64,000 bases of DNA from the human T2T-CHM13v2.0 reference genome, Homo sapiens: the NCBI RefSeq assembly GCF_009914755.1, contig NC_060926.1; one strand, written 5' to 3'. The notes beneath the pieces are model-generated. The model was not told the DNA's origin. It did not search any database and was given only the letters and a program-made list of their open reading frames with translations. How positions within the stretch are numbered: position 1 is the stretch's first letter; each line of letters opens with the position of its first letter. A program made the position numbers and the translations under genes. Positions 1 to 13,208 of the stretch are shown piece by piece.

Positions 1-1689
1 TGTTAAAAGATGTGCCTTCATAATAGTTTATTTTTCTGTCTGAATTCTTAATCAGGTCCATATTTAGATTGTTTGCATTCATCTTAATCACTTATCAGAA
101 CTGTTTCTTTCCTATATTAACTAATATCAAGGGATGGATGAGAGCTATCAATTAAATTTTGCTCATGCCTGCCTCTCTTGAGGACTAGTATGCTTTCCTT
201 TAGAGCTGTAATCAATGCAGATCCCTTCAGGGTATCCACCCTTGCAACAGCTGTCATCCTAGCTTACCTCAATGAGGTCATCACAGGCACACCTAGTTTT
301 TTTAATTTTTCCTCTATAATTAATTTCCTTAAGTCACTGAATACCTTTATCTACCTTCTGCCATAAACGTCTCTTTTTCTCTAATATCCTTATTTGCAGT
401 AAGTCAACCAGAATTGAGCACAACATGGCTTTTCCTTTCAATGGCGCTGAAATAATTTCTTCTGACTCATGCTCTGCACAGTGAGCAGTGACAGGACAGT
501 CTGTGATTGTTTGTTTAAGCACTTGTATGTTAGATTATTTAACTGCTTGTTTAATTGTACCTCACTGAGTGTTCTGCTCTCTGTTAAGCCTTATTATCAT
601 TTGAGGCTATTCACCAAATACTTCTCTCTTATTCTAAATGGTTCGAGGAAAATATTTACCTTATTTCCTCAATTTTAAGATGCACTACCCCCACCCCCAA
701 CACACATATTTTTACATTTCTGCAACCAGAATATGTTCTAGAGTCAACGTGCACATTTAATGTAGTGTTTCCCTTCAAAAAGAGTGTCTTAGAATGGCTT
801 AGAAGCCTAGAGCTGTGGTAAGTCAAAGATACATAAAACTGTCTCATGTGTTCCAGCCACTAACGCATGATCTTAACTCTTTTTTTGACTTTATTCCTCA
901 GGTGCTTTGGGGGAAAAAAGTACATTTGCATTTCATGAGTTTAGGCCTGAGCTTTTGTAGTTTAGTATCATTGACTCTCCTTCCTCTTTGCTATTTCCTC
1001 CCATTGGATCATTATGGTATTATTATTAAAAAGTAAACTATTCCTGGAGACCCTCTCTGCTTTTGAGAACATCTCCCATCTCCCTTCCACTTAGACACAC
1101 ACACTACCTTTTTTATGCCTGGCCATTTGGCTTTAGTCTTAACTTCTTTGCCCCTGAGTCTATGGAGGAGTCTTACATGTTGCCCATTATATCAAAGCTT
1201 TGTGGAAGTCAAGGGTGGATTATGTATAAACACAACTTTCTTTGTCTTGGCACTTCCTCATACATTTTCATAAAATGTTAACTGCTGAATTCCATTAGCT
1301 CCAAAAAGAGAGTGAGTAGAATGCCAGGTTTGAATGTTAAAGTTCTACGTTAAACTTTCAAAAATCTAAAGCCATCTTCATTATCTACAATCCTTAAAAA
1401 ATTATCTAATCAAAATGTTTACTGGATGCAAACATTTTCAGTCAGCACATGGAAGTCTGAGAGATAGGTAGATGAAAAATAGGTATATGTTTGTATCTAT
1501 AAAAGTATGTGAGTATTTTTGCTTAAAATCTAAATAATTATTAGTGTATTCATTTCTACATATACATAAATTGATATGTAATTGTGGATTACATAAAATT
1601 GATCCATGTGATTGCGTACATGTATAGAAACATGTAAACTTAGCCATACCTTTATAAACCATACATAATTCATTTAATGACGTGCAATA

Positions 1690-1880
1690 GAAACTAGGTT
1701 AAAATTTGAGCTCTGCCATTGTCTTACTTTGTGAAACTAAGTCACTTAAATGTTCTGACCCTCAGTTTTATCTTTGTAAAATAAGTATGAAACAATAATG
1801 CTGCCATACATACCACAGAGGCCTATGTGGAGGATCATTCAAAAAACTTTTTTAACTATAAAATACTTTATAAATATTAA
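1690..1880 (+). mobile_element. MIR SINE remnant
   Basis: MIR core-like text 'ctctgccatt...ctaagtcacttaaatgttctgaccctcagttttatctttgtaaaataag'; boundaries approximate. Confidence 0.7.
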
Positions 1881-3032
1881 TAATGTTTAATGAGATATGT
1901 ATAAATACCTCAACTTACTCATAAAAAATCCATATTCTTAAAATAGTATATTTTTCAACAATTTAGTATTTCTTTTTTATTTACAGCTGATATGTAACAC
2001 AAAATAATTGAAACTTTCTTTTTAAAATGAATTGGTTTAAAATATATTAAATATATATTAATCTATAATGTATAAATAATATATAATATATACATAAAAT
2101 TTATCATATATATTTATTGTATTATATATAGTTGTACATGGTTTTAGATACCATAAATATATAGTATAAATTTATAACAGATGTCAACTTATTTTCAGTG
2201 GTCTTATCTTCAGTAGTCTAGTTCAGAAAACCTATAAGAAAAGGAAAAACCTACTTTTAAAAGTTATGTTTATTTTCTAGCTGCTTAGGTTTAGCATACA
2301 AACCTATATAAATGTGATTTGTTAAAATAATGGCATAAGTTACATGTAAATTTAAGAAATGAAATCAGTCCTATGCAGATATCTATGGCCAAAGTTATAC
2401 TGCATGATCAAATACTTGCAAAGACCTATCATAGCCTTGCAAAATTAATCTTAAGTTAAATATAGTCTGTGAGGCACTGCTGCACTGGAGTTTCTGGATG
2501 TCAAGGTCACCCTAGAAATGTCCCAGGAGAAGGCTCTGGATATCACTGACTCAGACATTTAGAATCACCCCTTTTAACACTGTGCTTGCTGAGACTTGCA
2601 GGTATATTCTCTGTATTATAGCTTGTAAATATAGAGAAGCTTTCTCACAGCAGCCACGCCTATGAGCATCTTCAATGACTTTACCTCAAAATCAACCACA
2701 TAGAGTCAACTTGGATGAAATCTTTATTGTGAAGCCTCCATTCTCATGTGAAAAATACCTTTTTTGGTGGGGGCGGATAGGGTAAAGAGCCTTATAGTCT
2801 TTGTCAACTGCTCTCAGGTAGAATGACTAGACAGGGAAGAGCAACATCCAGTGAAGTACAATTTGGTTTACAGACCCCCAAAAAGTATCACAAAGTAAAC
2901 TGCTGGATCTTCTTTCACAGTTGCACATGTGTCTGTTCCCACCTCTTCTTAAACTTACTGCTTTCCAGTCAAGCAGCGGAGTGTAATTCCCCTGTACTTG
3001 AATCTAGAGCAGCCTTGATAATTGGTTCTTTC

Positions 3033-3600
3033 TGGTGGTGTGCAGGAAATGCTACCCCCAAAATATGGCACCATGGCATACTAAGTAGTTTACATTTAAG
3101 GAAATTGACAAAATCTGCGGAAGCAGGAAGATCTCTCTGACCTGCTCCTGTCCCCTCTCTTTTGAAGCAGGTCATAGAAACTGAAATTCCCCTCACTCTT
3201 CCTTCCATAAAGCAGGACATAAAACATAGGAAGGTCATTCTCTGACCCTTTCTCCCCTGAAGACCTTCCTGTGGCAGGTGTCCTGACCTACACCTGGAGA
3301 AAAGAAATGTCACACAGAGAGGTCAAGAAGAGTCTGAATGAAAAAGGCTTTGCTAAAGTCTCACCCCACCTCACCCAGTTTATTGCCATTAGATCACATC
3401 CTTTTGTCTTCTAATCATATTTCTATGTGACTGTCCACAGTTTTCCCTGGGTCTTTGGGTCTTCCTCTCTGGAGGCGCCTATGTAACATAAAACTTATAT
3501 TAAATATATCTGTATGCTTTTCTCTTATTTGTCTTTTGTTATAGGGGTGTCAGCCATGACCCTTGCAATGGGTGAGAAAAGGAATTTTTCCTCCCCTACA
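3033..3600 (+). mobile_element. MER34-family ERV1 solo LTR
   Basis: Starts '...atgctacccccaaaatatggcaccatggcata', ends 'ttttcctcccctaca', matching recalled MER34 termini. Confidence 0.7.
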
Positions 3601-3726
3601 GTTCATAGCCAATAAAATGTGTAAGAAGTGATACAGTGTGACAGGTCATAAAAGGTGACATGGCTTTGGCCTTGTTCACCAGGACACTAGCCTTTTGAGC
3701 CCTGAGCTGCCATTTAAGAAGTCCAA

Positions 3727-4049
<323 letters not shown>

Positions 4050-4393
4050 AAGAAGTCCAAATATTCTGAGGCCGCCAAGCTGTGAGAAAGCCTCACCCAC
4101 AAGGAGGAGCCACACACTCATGGACCTGGCAACAGCCTCAGCTATAGTTCCAGCTGACAACCAACATCACCGTCACACATAACTAAAAATGCCTCTAGGT
4201 GATTCCAGCCAATAGCCTTTGCATCTTCCCAGCTCAGGCTGCAGATATCATGGAGCAGAGAGGCAAGCCAAGCCCACTGTGTCCTGTCTGAGTTCCCAAC
4301 CCAAAGAAATTATAAGCATAATGAAATGATTATTTCATGTCGCTAAGTTTTGGGATAGTTTATTTCATTGCAATAGTAATTGAAATACCTCCT

Positions 4394-5221
4394 AAGTAAA
4401 AAAAAAAAAAAAAAAAAAATCTTTCTTTCACTATCCTCTCACAACACACTTCTGACACCAGATGTGTGGGGATTTCTCCCCACCAGCAAGCAATTGATCA
4501 GTTCTGCAGTGGACACCAGCTGGCTGTCCTCCAATTCAATTCTGACACTATCTACTTGGAGATAGCATCAGATCTTGTGGGTTGAGGGCTCAGTCCCCAA
4601 AACTGCCCCCTGCCCCGACACACTTTGAATGCCAATTACAAGCCCCAGGATATTTTATTTTACCTATGTGTTTGTGACCAACTGGTTATAAAACTATAAA
4701 ACAGGGTTCTTTGGGCTTGATTAATTTGCTAGCATGGCTCACAGAACTCAGGGAAACACATTTACTGATTTATTACAAAGATTATTACAAAAAATACAGA
4801 CGGAGAGATGCATAGGGTGAGGTAAGGGGAAGCGGCCTGGAGCTTCCATGCCATCTCCTAGCCCAACACCCTCCAGGAAACTCCACATGAGCTATCTGGA
4901 AGCTCATCCAAACCCTGTTTTTTTAGGTTTTTATAGAGGCTTTGTTACATAAGTATGATTGATTACGTCATTGGCCATTGGTGATCCTCTTTAACCTTCA
5001 ACCTCTCTTCTCTTCCCAGAGTTGCCAGTGTGGGCTGAAAGTTCCAACCCTCTAATCTGCCTTGGTCTTTCCAGTGACAGTCCTCATCATGAAGCTGCCT
5101 AGGGGCTCCCAGCCGTCATTAGCATACAAAAAGACATCAGCTAGAGATTCTAAAGATTTTAGGGGTTGTATGTCAGGAAATGGGAGGAAAACCAAATATA
5201 TATTTCACAATACATATCACA
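4394..5221 (-). mobile_element. MER21-family ERV solo LTR
   Basis: 'acaacacacttctgacaccagatgtgtgggg...caattcaattctgacactatctacttggagatagcatcagatc...accaaatatatatttcaca' is the reverse-strand MER21 signature. Confidence 0.8.
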
Positions 5222-5364
5222 CCTTCCTTTGACTCTAGTTTGGGCTCCTGACTTGCTTTGGTCAACAGAATGAGGAAAAAGTGGCAGTGTGCCAGTTCTG
5301 AACCTAGGGCTCAGGAAGACTCGCCTGTTTCTGTTTATGTGTCATGCTCTAGACGTCACAATGA

Positions 5365-5384
5365 GAACATGCTTAGACTAGCCT
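5365..5384. promoter_or_regulatory. p53-family response element (perfect consensus, zero spacer)
   Basis: GAACATGCTT AGACTAGCCT = RRRCWWGYYY twice with no mismatch; binding untested. Confidence 0.6.
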
Positions 5385-5563
5385 CCTAGAGAATAAGGGA
5401 CATGAACCATGCTTAAGTCATCCCAGTCATCCCAGTTGAGGACAACCTAGATCAACCAACAACCAGCCAAAATTCAGACATGGAGCAGAGCCACCTAGCT
5501 AATGACTCCAGACAGAGAATAAATGAATGTGTGTTGTCCAATGCTGCTAAGATTTTTGTGGAT

Positions 5564-5771
<208 letters not shown>

Positions 5772-5814
5772 TGATAATCAATACACCATTTTAAAAATCC
5801 AGAGAAGACATTAA

Positions 5815-6160
5815 TAACACACCCTCCTTTGGTCTCATAGTCCCCTTCAGCTACTGCCTTGTATGTCTACTTTTCTTCACAACAAAACTTCTCAGGTTGA
5901 TTACCTACTGACAGTTTCTACTCCCTCACCTCCCATTCTTTCTTCAGCCCTAATCACTCTGACTCCTGCTCCCACCACTACTCTGGAATTGCTCTCGTCA
6001 AGTCAGCAATGACTCTCATGGTGGCAAATCTGATGATCAAGTTGCTTTGTGATCTCACTGGGCTCTGTAGAAGCGTTCAACATATTTGATAACTCTGTTT
6101 GTCCCTTTTTTTCTTTTGGCTTCTGAAATACCTCCAGGTTTTCCTCCTATTTCATTGGTT
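5815..6160 (+). mobile_element. L2 LINE fragment
   Basis: 'ctcacctcccattctttcttcagccc...ccaccactactctggaattgctctcgtcaagtcagcaatgactc' resembles L2 ORF2. Confidence 0.7.
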
Positions 6161-6164
6161 ATTC

Positions 6165-6466
6165 TTTTTTTTTTTTTTTTTTTTTAGATGGAGTTTTGCT
6201 CGTGTTGCCTAGGCTGTAGTGCAATGGTGTGATCTTGGCTTACCACAACCTCTGCCTCCCAGGTTCAAGCAATTCTCCTGCCTCAGCCTCCTGAGTAGCT
6301 AGGACTACAGGCATGCACCACCACGCCCAGCTAATTTTGTATTTTTAGTAGAGACGGGGTTTCTCCACGTTGGTCAAGCTAGTCTTGAACCCCCAACCTC
6401 AGGTGATCCACCCACCTTGGCCTCCCAAAGTGCTGAGATTACAGGCATGAGCCACCATGCCCGGCC
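6165..6466 (-). mobile_element. Alu (AluSp-like), full length
   Basis: Poly-T then 'gagttttgctcgtgttgcc...tttctccacgttggtcaagc...aacctcaggtgatcc'; TSD gttattcttt on both sides. Confidence 0.95.
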
Positions 6467-6519
6467 AGTTATTCTTTTTTTTAAAAAAAATCATTTTTTT
6501 TGCATTATAATGAACCTTT

Positions 6520-6910
6520 GCTCGTTCATTTTTTTTTTCAAATACTTATTAGGCACCTATTGTGTGTCAAGCATTTTTCTGAATGTTCTGGTCACAGCAG
6601 AAAAACAAAACAAAATCCTTGTCCTCATGGGGCTTACATTCTAGTGACAGGAGACCGAAATACACAAATAAACAAGTAAGTGTATATCACATGGTGATAC
6701 ATTCTATAGAGAAAAATCAAGCAGATACAGGGGGATAGATAGTGATGGGGTTACTATTCTAAATAAGGTGGTCAGTAAAGTCCTCATTGAAAGGGTGACA
6801 TTTGCACGGACCCCAGAAGAACATAAGGAGTGAGCCATATGTCTTCTGAGGGTGGAGTATCCCAGACAGAAGGAACAGCAACTGCAAAGGCCCTGAGGCA
6901 GCAGTGAGAG
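6520..6910 (-). mobile_element. L2 3' end
   Basis: 'ttcaaatacttattaggcacctattgtgtgtcaagc...ttgtcctcatggggcttacattctagtg...aactgcaaaggccctgaggcag'. Confidence 0.8.
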
Positions 6911-7199
6911 TAGCAGGTCCCCCTGCCTCTTTTAAATATTTTATTATACTCATTTTCAAATCAATCGCTTGGCTTTTCAAATTGAAAGCTTCACTAAGAA
7001 AAAACAAAACAAAACAAGAAAACAAAAAAAAAAAACAACAATGAAGCAATCCCTCACAAACGAATGTCTCAATTTAACACAGTTTAGGGTATGAGGAAAG
7101 GAAGGCCTTTTATATCTCATCTTGGATCATTTGCTCCAGTGTTCTGGAGCAGACTCTCTGATCTCTACACAAATGCTTACTGCTTATCTTTAAAAAATC

Positions 7200-7690
7200 T
7201 TTTTAAATGGTGACTCAGCTGGGTGCTTTCCAGTCCCTCTTCTCTTTCTGCACTCATGCCTTGGGGGAGCTCATCCATTTCCATAGTTTAAAATACCATC
7301 TAGAAGCTGACAATGCTCAAGTTGACAAGACTAGTCAAGACCTTACTGCTGAGCTTACTCAGATTCCAATAACCAACTAGATCACATCTAATGATCTAGA
7401 TGTGATCTTGACACTTCCACTCGGGCATCTCAAAATTACCTACTTCCAAAGAGAACTCTTTATTACATCAATACTCCACAAAACTCAACCCTATCGCCCC
7501 AGTATTTTCCGTCTTTAGAAATGGCCATCTACTCAGTTGCTCAAGCCAGAACTCTGTTATCATCCTTGATTTCTCTCTTTTCACTATACCCCAAGTTCAA
7601 ATTATTAATCACTTAGACTGTACCTCCACACCCAGGCACTTCTTTCTATCTCCACTTCACCCATCCTGTGCCAAGGCACCAGTACTGAGT
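7200..7690 (+). mobile_element. L2 fragment, probably continuing 5815-6160
   Basis: 'ctcatccatttccatagtttaaaataccatctagaagctgac...actcagttgctcaagccagaactc...catccttgatttctctc'. Confidence 0.7.
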
Positions 7691-10600
7691 ACCATATCCA
7701 TGATATTCATGGGAGAAGCCACTGCAAGTGTAAGATAAGAAAAATGAATCTAGACCATATCATCACACAACCCTATTTAACTAAATTTAAGATAAAGCAA
7801 ACTTCCTAAAAGGCCAAACATATATATATGAATATAATACCCAATGTTGACTTTTTCAATTAGTTTTATATTTTGCTTATGAACAGTATTTTATTTATGA
7901 TATTGGATAGATCCCTGTGTATAGTGAGTTTTAAAGTAAAAATGAGCAAAATTTAGGTTGAGAAAATATTCAGAGGTGTGGAAACATCTCAGTGCTTTTT
8001 GTAAAGTCACTTTCATTTCTCTGATTTTATGATTTTTATATGTTCTAAGATGAGGTTGACAACTCTGGCCCTTTCTTACTCTAGTCTAGTTTATTAAATT
8101 ATTAGATTCCTGGCTTTTACAATGTGAATAGAGTCTTTTGTGAACATGAATAACTATTATTTTAATAATAACTCACCATGCTAAAAATTGGCATTTAAAT
8201 TTATAAATAAGATCAGAGCTGCTGACCTCTTTCAGTGAAGAAAAGAACAAAAAGAGTTAAGTTAGCAACTCATTCTGATAGTCCACCTAAATCAATTAGG
8301 ATGTTAAATCCATGCATAAAATAATGTTTAATAAAAATCCTTTAAAGGGAAAATTGTTTCATTTTAAATTGAATGAATACAAAAGATGACATGAGTTTCC
8401 CGGATTACCACTATGAGGCTCTAAGACACCAGACTCAGGCATTGCTAATAGTTCAACAGTAATTGGAATATTAATAGGACATGTCATTCTGATTATATAG
8501 AATATGCATCAGAGTATTTTACCAAACCCTTCTGGATTGATTGGAGATTGCCAGAGAATAATCTGATTGTTGCTTTTCTCAGTTTAAAAGCCCCATTTCA
8601 GTATGCTTCTCACAGACTCTATTTGAGGACATATTCAAAATAAAATCGATGCATTTATAACTTAATTAGCTGGTCTATATTGATTCGTGTTCCAGATATC
8701 CAGTTTGCATAGCATTATTGCTTTCACTAACTACTTGTAAATATATCCTAGGTGCCATATTGGGTTAATGCACTAGTTTTTTCCCCCGGAGGGAACTGAA
8801 CTAGCAGCTGCCATAAGTCATCAGTAAAGTTCTATGTTTCTCAGTTTTCTGCTAGTCAATACATGTTAATAAGATGTCAAACTCATTTATCACTTAATCT
8901 CAGTCAAGTCCTGGGCTCTGTATATAACATTAGATCAGAAATGGTTGTTTTACAATGAATGTACTGTTCAAAAGTGAAGGGAATCTTGGCATTTAAACAG
9001 TTGGCTCTCTCTGCTCCATGGTTTATATAAAAGAGGGGTCAGGATGTCACTGGAACAATGACACAAGAGCATAACCTGCCAGGGTTTGGATCTAGTCACC
9101 TGTTCTCATCCTGCCCAGTTTCAGAAGCGGAAGATGACTTTTCAACTTTGCCTGCCACACGTTTACCCAGAAGTTGTCATATAAAAAGAAAAAAGAAATC
9201 AGGCCATATGTTACTTCAATATTCTCCTGACTTAAAAAAGCAGTGGAGTCCATGCTATATGCCCAGGACTGGTCACTCTTCTCTAATTACATCAAGTGAA
9301 TTTTTGAACTTTGCTCTCATAACATGCAAATATTCCCCAAGCAGTGGAGGAATGGCAAAACTCAACTCTTGAGGACTGAAGCAAACAGAGGCTTAAAGAT
9401 GTAAATGGACTTCAGACTTGAAGCTCTGGCTCTCTGGGCTTGTTTAGGATGTCATTGATTTACTTACTCCATAAAGGTGGAGAGAGAGAGGATGGGGAGA
9501 TAGGTTTAATTAATCTTAAATATCTCTGCAATTTAAGAATTGTAGGCCTGGAACAGTTCCTGTACTAACATGATTAGCAAATATTGACTTTTGAATACAA
9601 TAATAATGTGTCATCTAAAACCCTTGATAAGTAACTTAAGTACTTCCTTAGCTTGCATCTTATTAAATTAGATGAGGTATGGTGGAGGCACATTACACAA
9701 AGACACTGAAATGAAAAATCAGACCTAAGTGGGTTTTAACATTGATTCTAAGGGAGCCAAAAGTCACAAAGAAAACATGTATGCTTCGGTTCTGCAACCT
9801 ATGAATAGAAGCTGTTTATTTTCTCTAAACGGATTTTTTTAAAGTACGCAATAATTTTCATGGTGCAACTGTAGTAAACAGTCACAATTTGTGACTTTGT
9901 GACAGCTGTAATCAATCATCAGATTACGTATGATGACCATATAATTTTAGTTTTATGGAAGGTTAACTTACATAGATTGTGAGCTTTTGATGTTAAAATA
10001 TAGAAGAAAGATCCATGTTACAGCAGGGAGCCTGTAAATATGGAAAGGATGATCTACCCAACTCCCTTCATAAGGTTTGACTTAAAAATGTGTACAAGTC
10101 AGCTAAGAAAAGAGTTAAAAGATGTGATACTAGTCAGCTGCAACCTGACAAATCTTACTGTATTGATTAGTTTTCAAAGGCTGTATGGCATGTGTACTCT
10201 ATTTACAATAGAATTGGAATGAGGAGAGCAAAGCCTCCAAATGTCATCAAAGCAAATGGTCTGTGAATGTTGCTCCAAAGCTAGTCATTAGTTGCCAGGG
10301 TATTTGGCTGCAAAGCTTGTAAAGACGTTTCTCTGGAGGGGAAGGTATGACAAAATGCACTTCTTGGCAAAAAGACTTCGGCTCAAATAGCAGCACACAT
10401 TAATTCTTGCTTGATTACATAAAATTAATTAGAGGATTAACATCCTTCATGAAATTTTGCCTGCTTTTTATCCTTTTCTTTAAAAAAAAACAAACAAAAA
10501 CAGGAATAGACCCCAGGCCTTTTTGGTTCTCTAATGAAATTGCAAATTGACTTGTGTTCAAATGGTGCTTGAGTAAAATGAACAATTAAAAATGTATTGC

Positions 10601-11625
10601 TAACAATGAGATGTATCAGCTGATCTCTTTAAGGATTAATTAGTTCCAGGAATGATCTTTCTTATACAACAGACCAAGGGGGATAGAGCCGTCAAGGGCA
10701 GAAAAGAAGGTATCAAAGAATAGGTTTTCAATGCATGCAAGTGCACACATGAGTGTGTGCATCCATATACACACATGTAGTAAAAGAACACAGAAATACA
10801 TGCAAGCATCTTTACAGGTTTAGACTGTAAAGATGAGCTGCAGCATCCTTAGAGATATTTATTCCACTTCAGCTAGGATGATTCGACTGTTGCTGATTAG
10901 TGATCCATTAGTTAGCTTGAAGGCAGCCAACAGATTTTACCGATTGTAATTTATCATTAAAGCAGAGAAATGCTTTAGGTATTTAAATAATGTATGCAGA
11001 TAAATTCACTCTTATTAATTACCCACCTGTACCAACCTTGTAAGAATCTTTGCCCCCTATCAAAAGTTTGCTCTCTTGAGGAAATTTTCAAAGTTAACCA
11101 AAAAAAGAAAAGCTCTTTCCTTTTGTATTTGTCAATTCTGCATTTCAATCCACCCCTTCACAAAATATCTGATATGTTTCTGGTTACACTTTCAGTGCTT
11201 AAAAATCCTAAAATTATCTCCACATTTGCCACTGAGGATTGAGGACTTATTTTGCAAAATATGATACCTCTGTCATTTCTTTAGCAAAGATTTCAGATAC
11301 AGTAGGGATAAATTGGAGTCCCCAGAGCCCACAGCAAAACTCCAGGGGAAATGGACATTGTTTTCTTCTTCAAGACCAGTTTCAATAGATGATATTCTAG
11401 AAAATGTCATTTTTCTTAGGCTGCCCTAAAGTCAGATCTCCTCATTGCCGGTATTGTGCCGTGTCAGCCTAAAAGGGCATTTAGCATTGAGGCATTTGGT
11501 AAAGACTGCTTTATTGTACTTCATCCTCTCTACAGGGCATTCTGAAGAGATGAATAAGAAGTGCGAACAGGAAGAACAAGTTTCCAGTCCTGTCAAATTA
11601 ATTAGACTAGCATAGAATGAGGTGA

Positions 11626-12084
<459 letters not shown>

Positions 12085-12852
12085 TAGCATCTTTGAATGG
12101 AGAATGGTCTGTGTGTTTACACGACACACAACATTTGCAAAAAAAAAAAAAAAAAAACAAACATGGCAGGCCAGTTGGAAAAGGAGAGCCACAATTAAAA
12201 TAACACCTATTTAATTTTTTAGAAACATAAAATATATGACCTTTTACTTATAGGAGCAAACCCTAGTTTGGACTAAGAACTGAATCATGTGAGCTTATGG
12301 AGAGATTCATCAGAGCAGAGGGAACAATGCAATTTGGTGGTTGTTTTACCAGGTTCCAGTTGGGTGCTTTGAGCCTCAGATCTCCTGTAGGCAAAGATAC
12401 AGGAGAGGGAGAGTTACATGTATGGTTAGGTGCTATTATCAATGCAGGGCCTAGTGGGTCATTTAAGCTCATTTTAAATGACCTTTTGAGAAACATTTCC
12501 ATAGACTTCACTCTATTCTGGAAAATTGATCTTGGTAATTGAAGTAATCAATTTGTGTATCTGTAGAGCACCCACTGCTTTGGACTGCCCCCACAAAGCA
12601 AGCTGGCCAAGATTCCATCATGCAAATTGATGTTTTGATATTGAGTTCCAAAGTGGCAGGCTGCAGCTACCCTGTTCCTCTTAGTCCAGAGAAGTAGTTC
12701 ACCTCCCCAAGCATGGGATGGATGTCCATTGCACTAGTTTAAACCTTGCTAAACCAAATCATTTCCCGAATCACATTAAGGTTGGTAAGTGATTTTATTT
12801 ATGCAAACGACATGGGGTCATGAAACTATGTTTTCATATGTCCAACTTTGTT

Positions 12853-13208
12853 GTTGGTGGGGTTTTTTTTCGCTGTTGTTATTATTATTATTATTATTAT
12901 TTTTGAGGCAGAGTCTCAATCTGTCACCCAGGCTGGAGTGTATTGCCCAGGCTGGAGTGCAATGGTGCGATCTTGGCTCACTGTAGCGTCGCCTCCCGGG
13001 TTTCAAGCAATTCTTGTGCCTCAGCCTCTTGAGTAGCTGGGACTACAAGTGTGTGCCACCACACCTGGCTAATTTTTTTGTATTTTTTAATGGAGACAGG
13101 GTTTCACCATATTGGCCAGGCTGATCTTGAACTCCTGACCTCAAATGATCCACCCACCTTGGCTTCCCAAAGTGCTGGGATTACATGCGTGAGCCACTGC
13201 ACCTGGCC
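12853..13208 (-). mobile_element. Alu (AluS) with internal 19-bp duplication and composite tail
   Basis: Alu body 12905-13208; tail includes (TTA)n; TSD caactttgtt on both sides. Confidence 0.92.

Noticed and set aside
1880-2340. Very AT-rich TA-patterned tract
   Set aside because: Low-complexity sequence with no defined repeat unit or structure
10388-10410. TAGCAGCACA, the miR-15/16/195 family 5' end
   Set aside because: The downstream bases match no family member I recall and there is no precursor hairpin
10742-10761. Hairpin tgcacaca-tgag-tgtgtgca
   Set aside because: Arises from low-complexity CA/TG sequence
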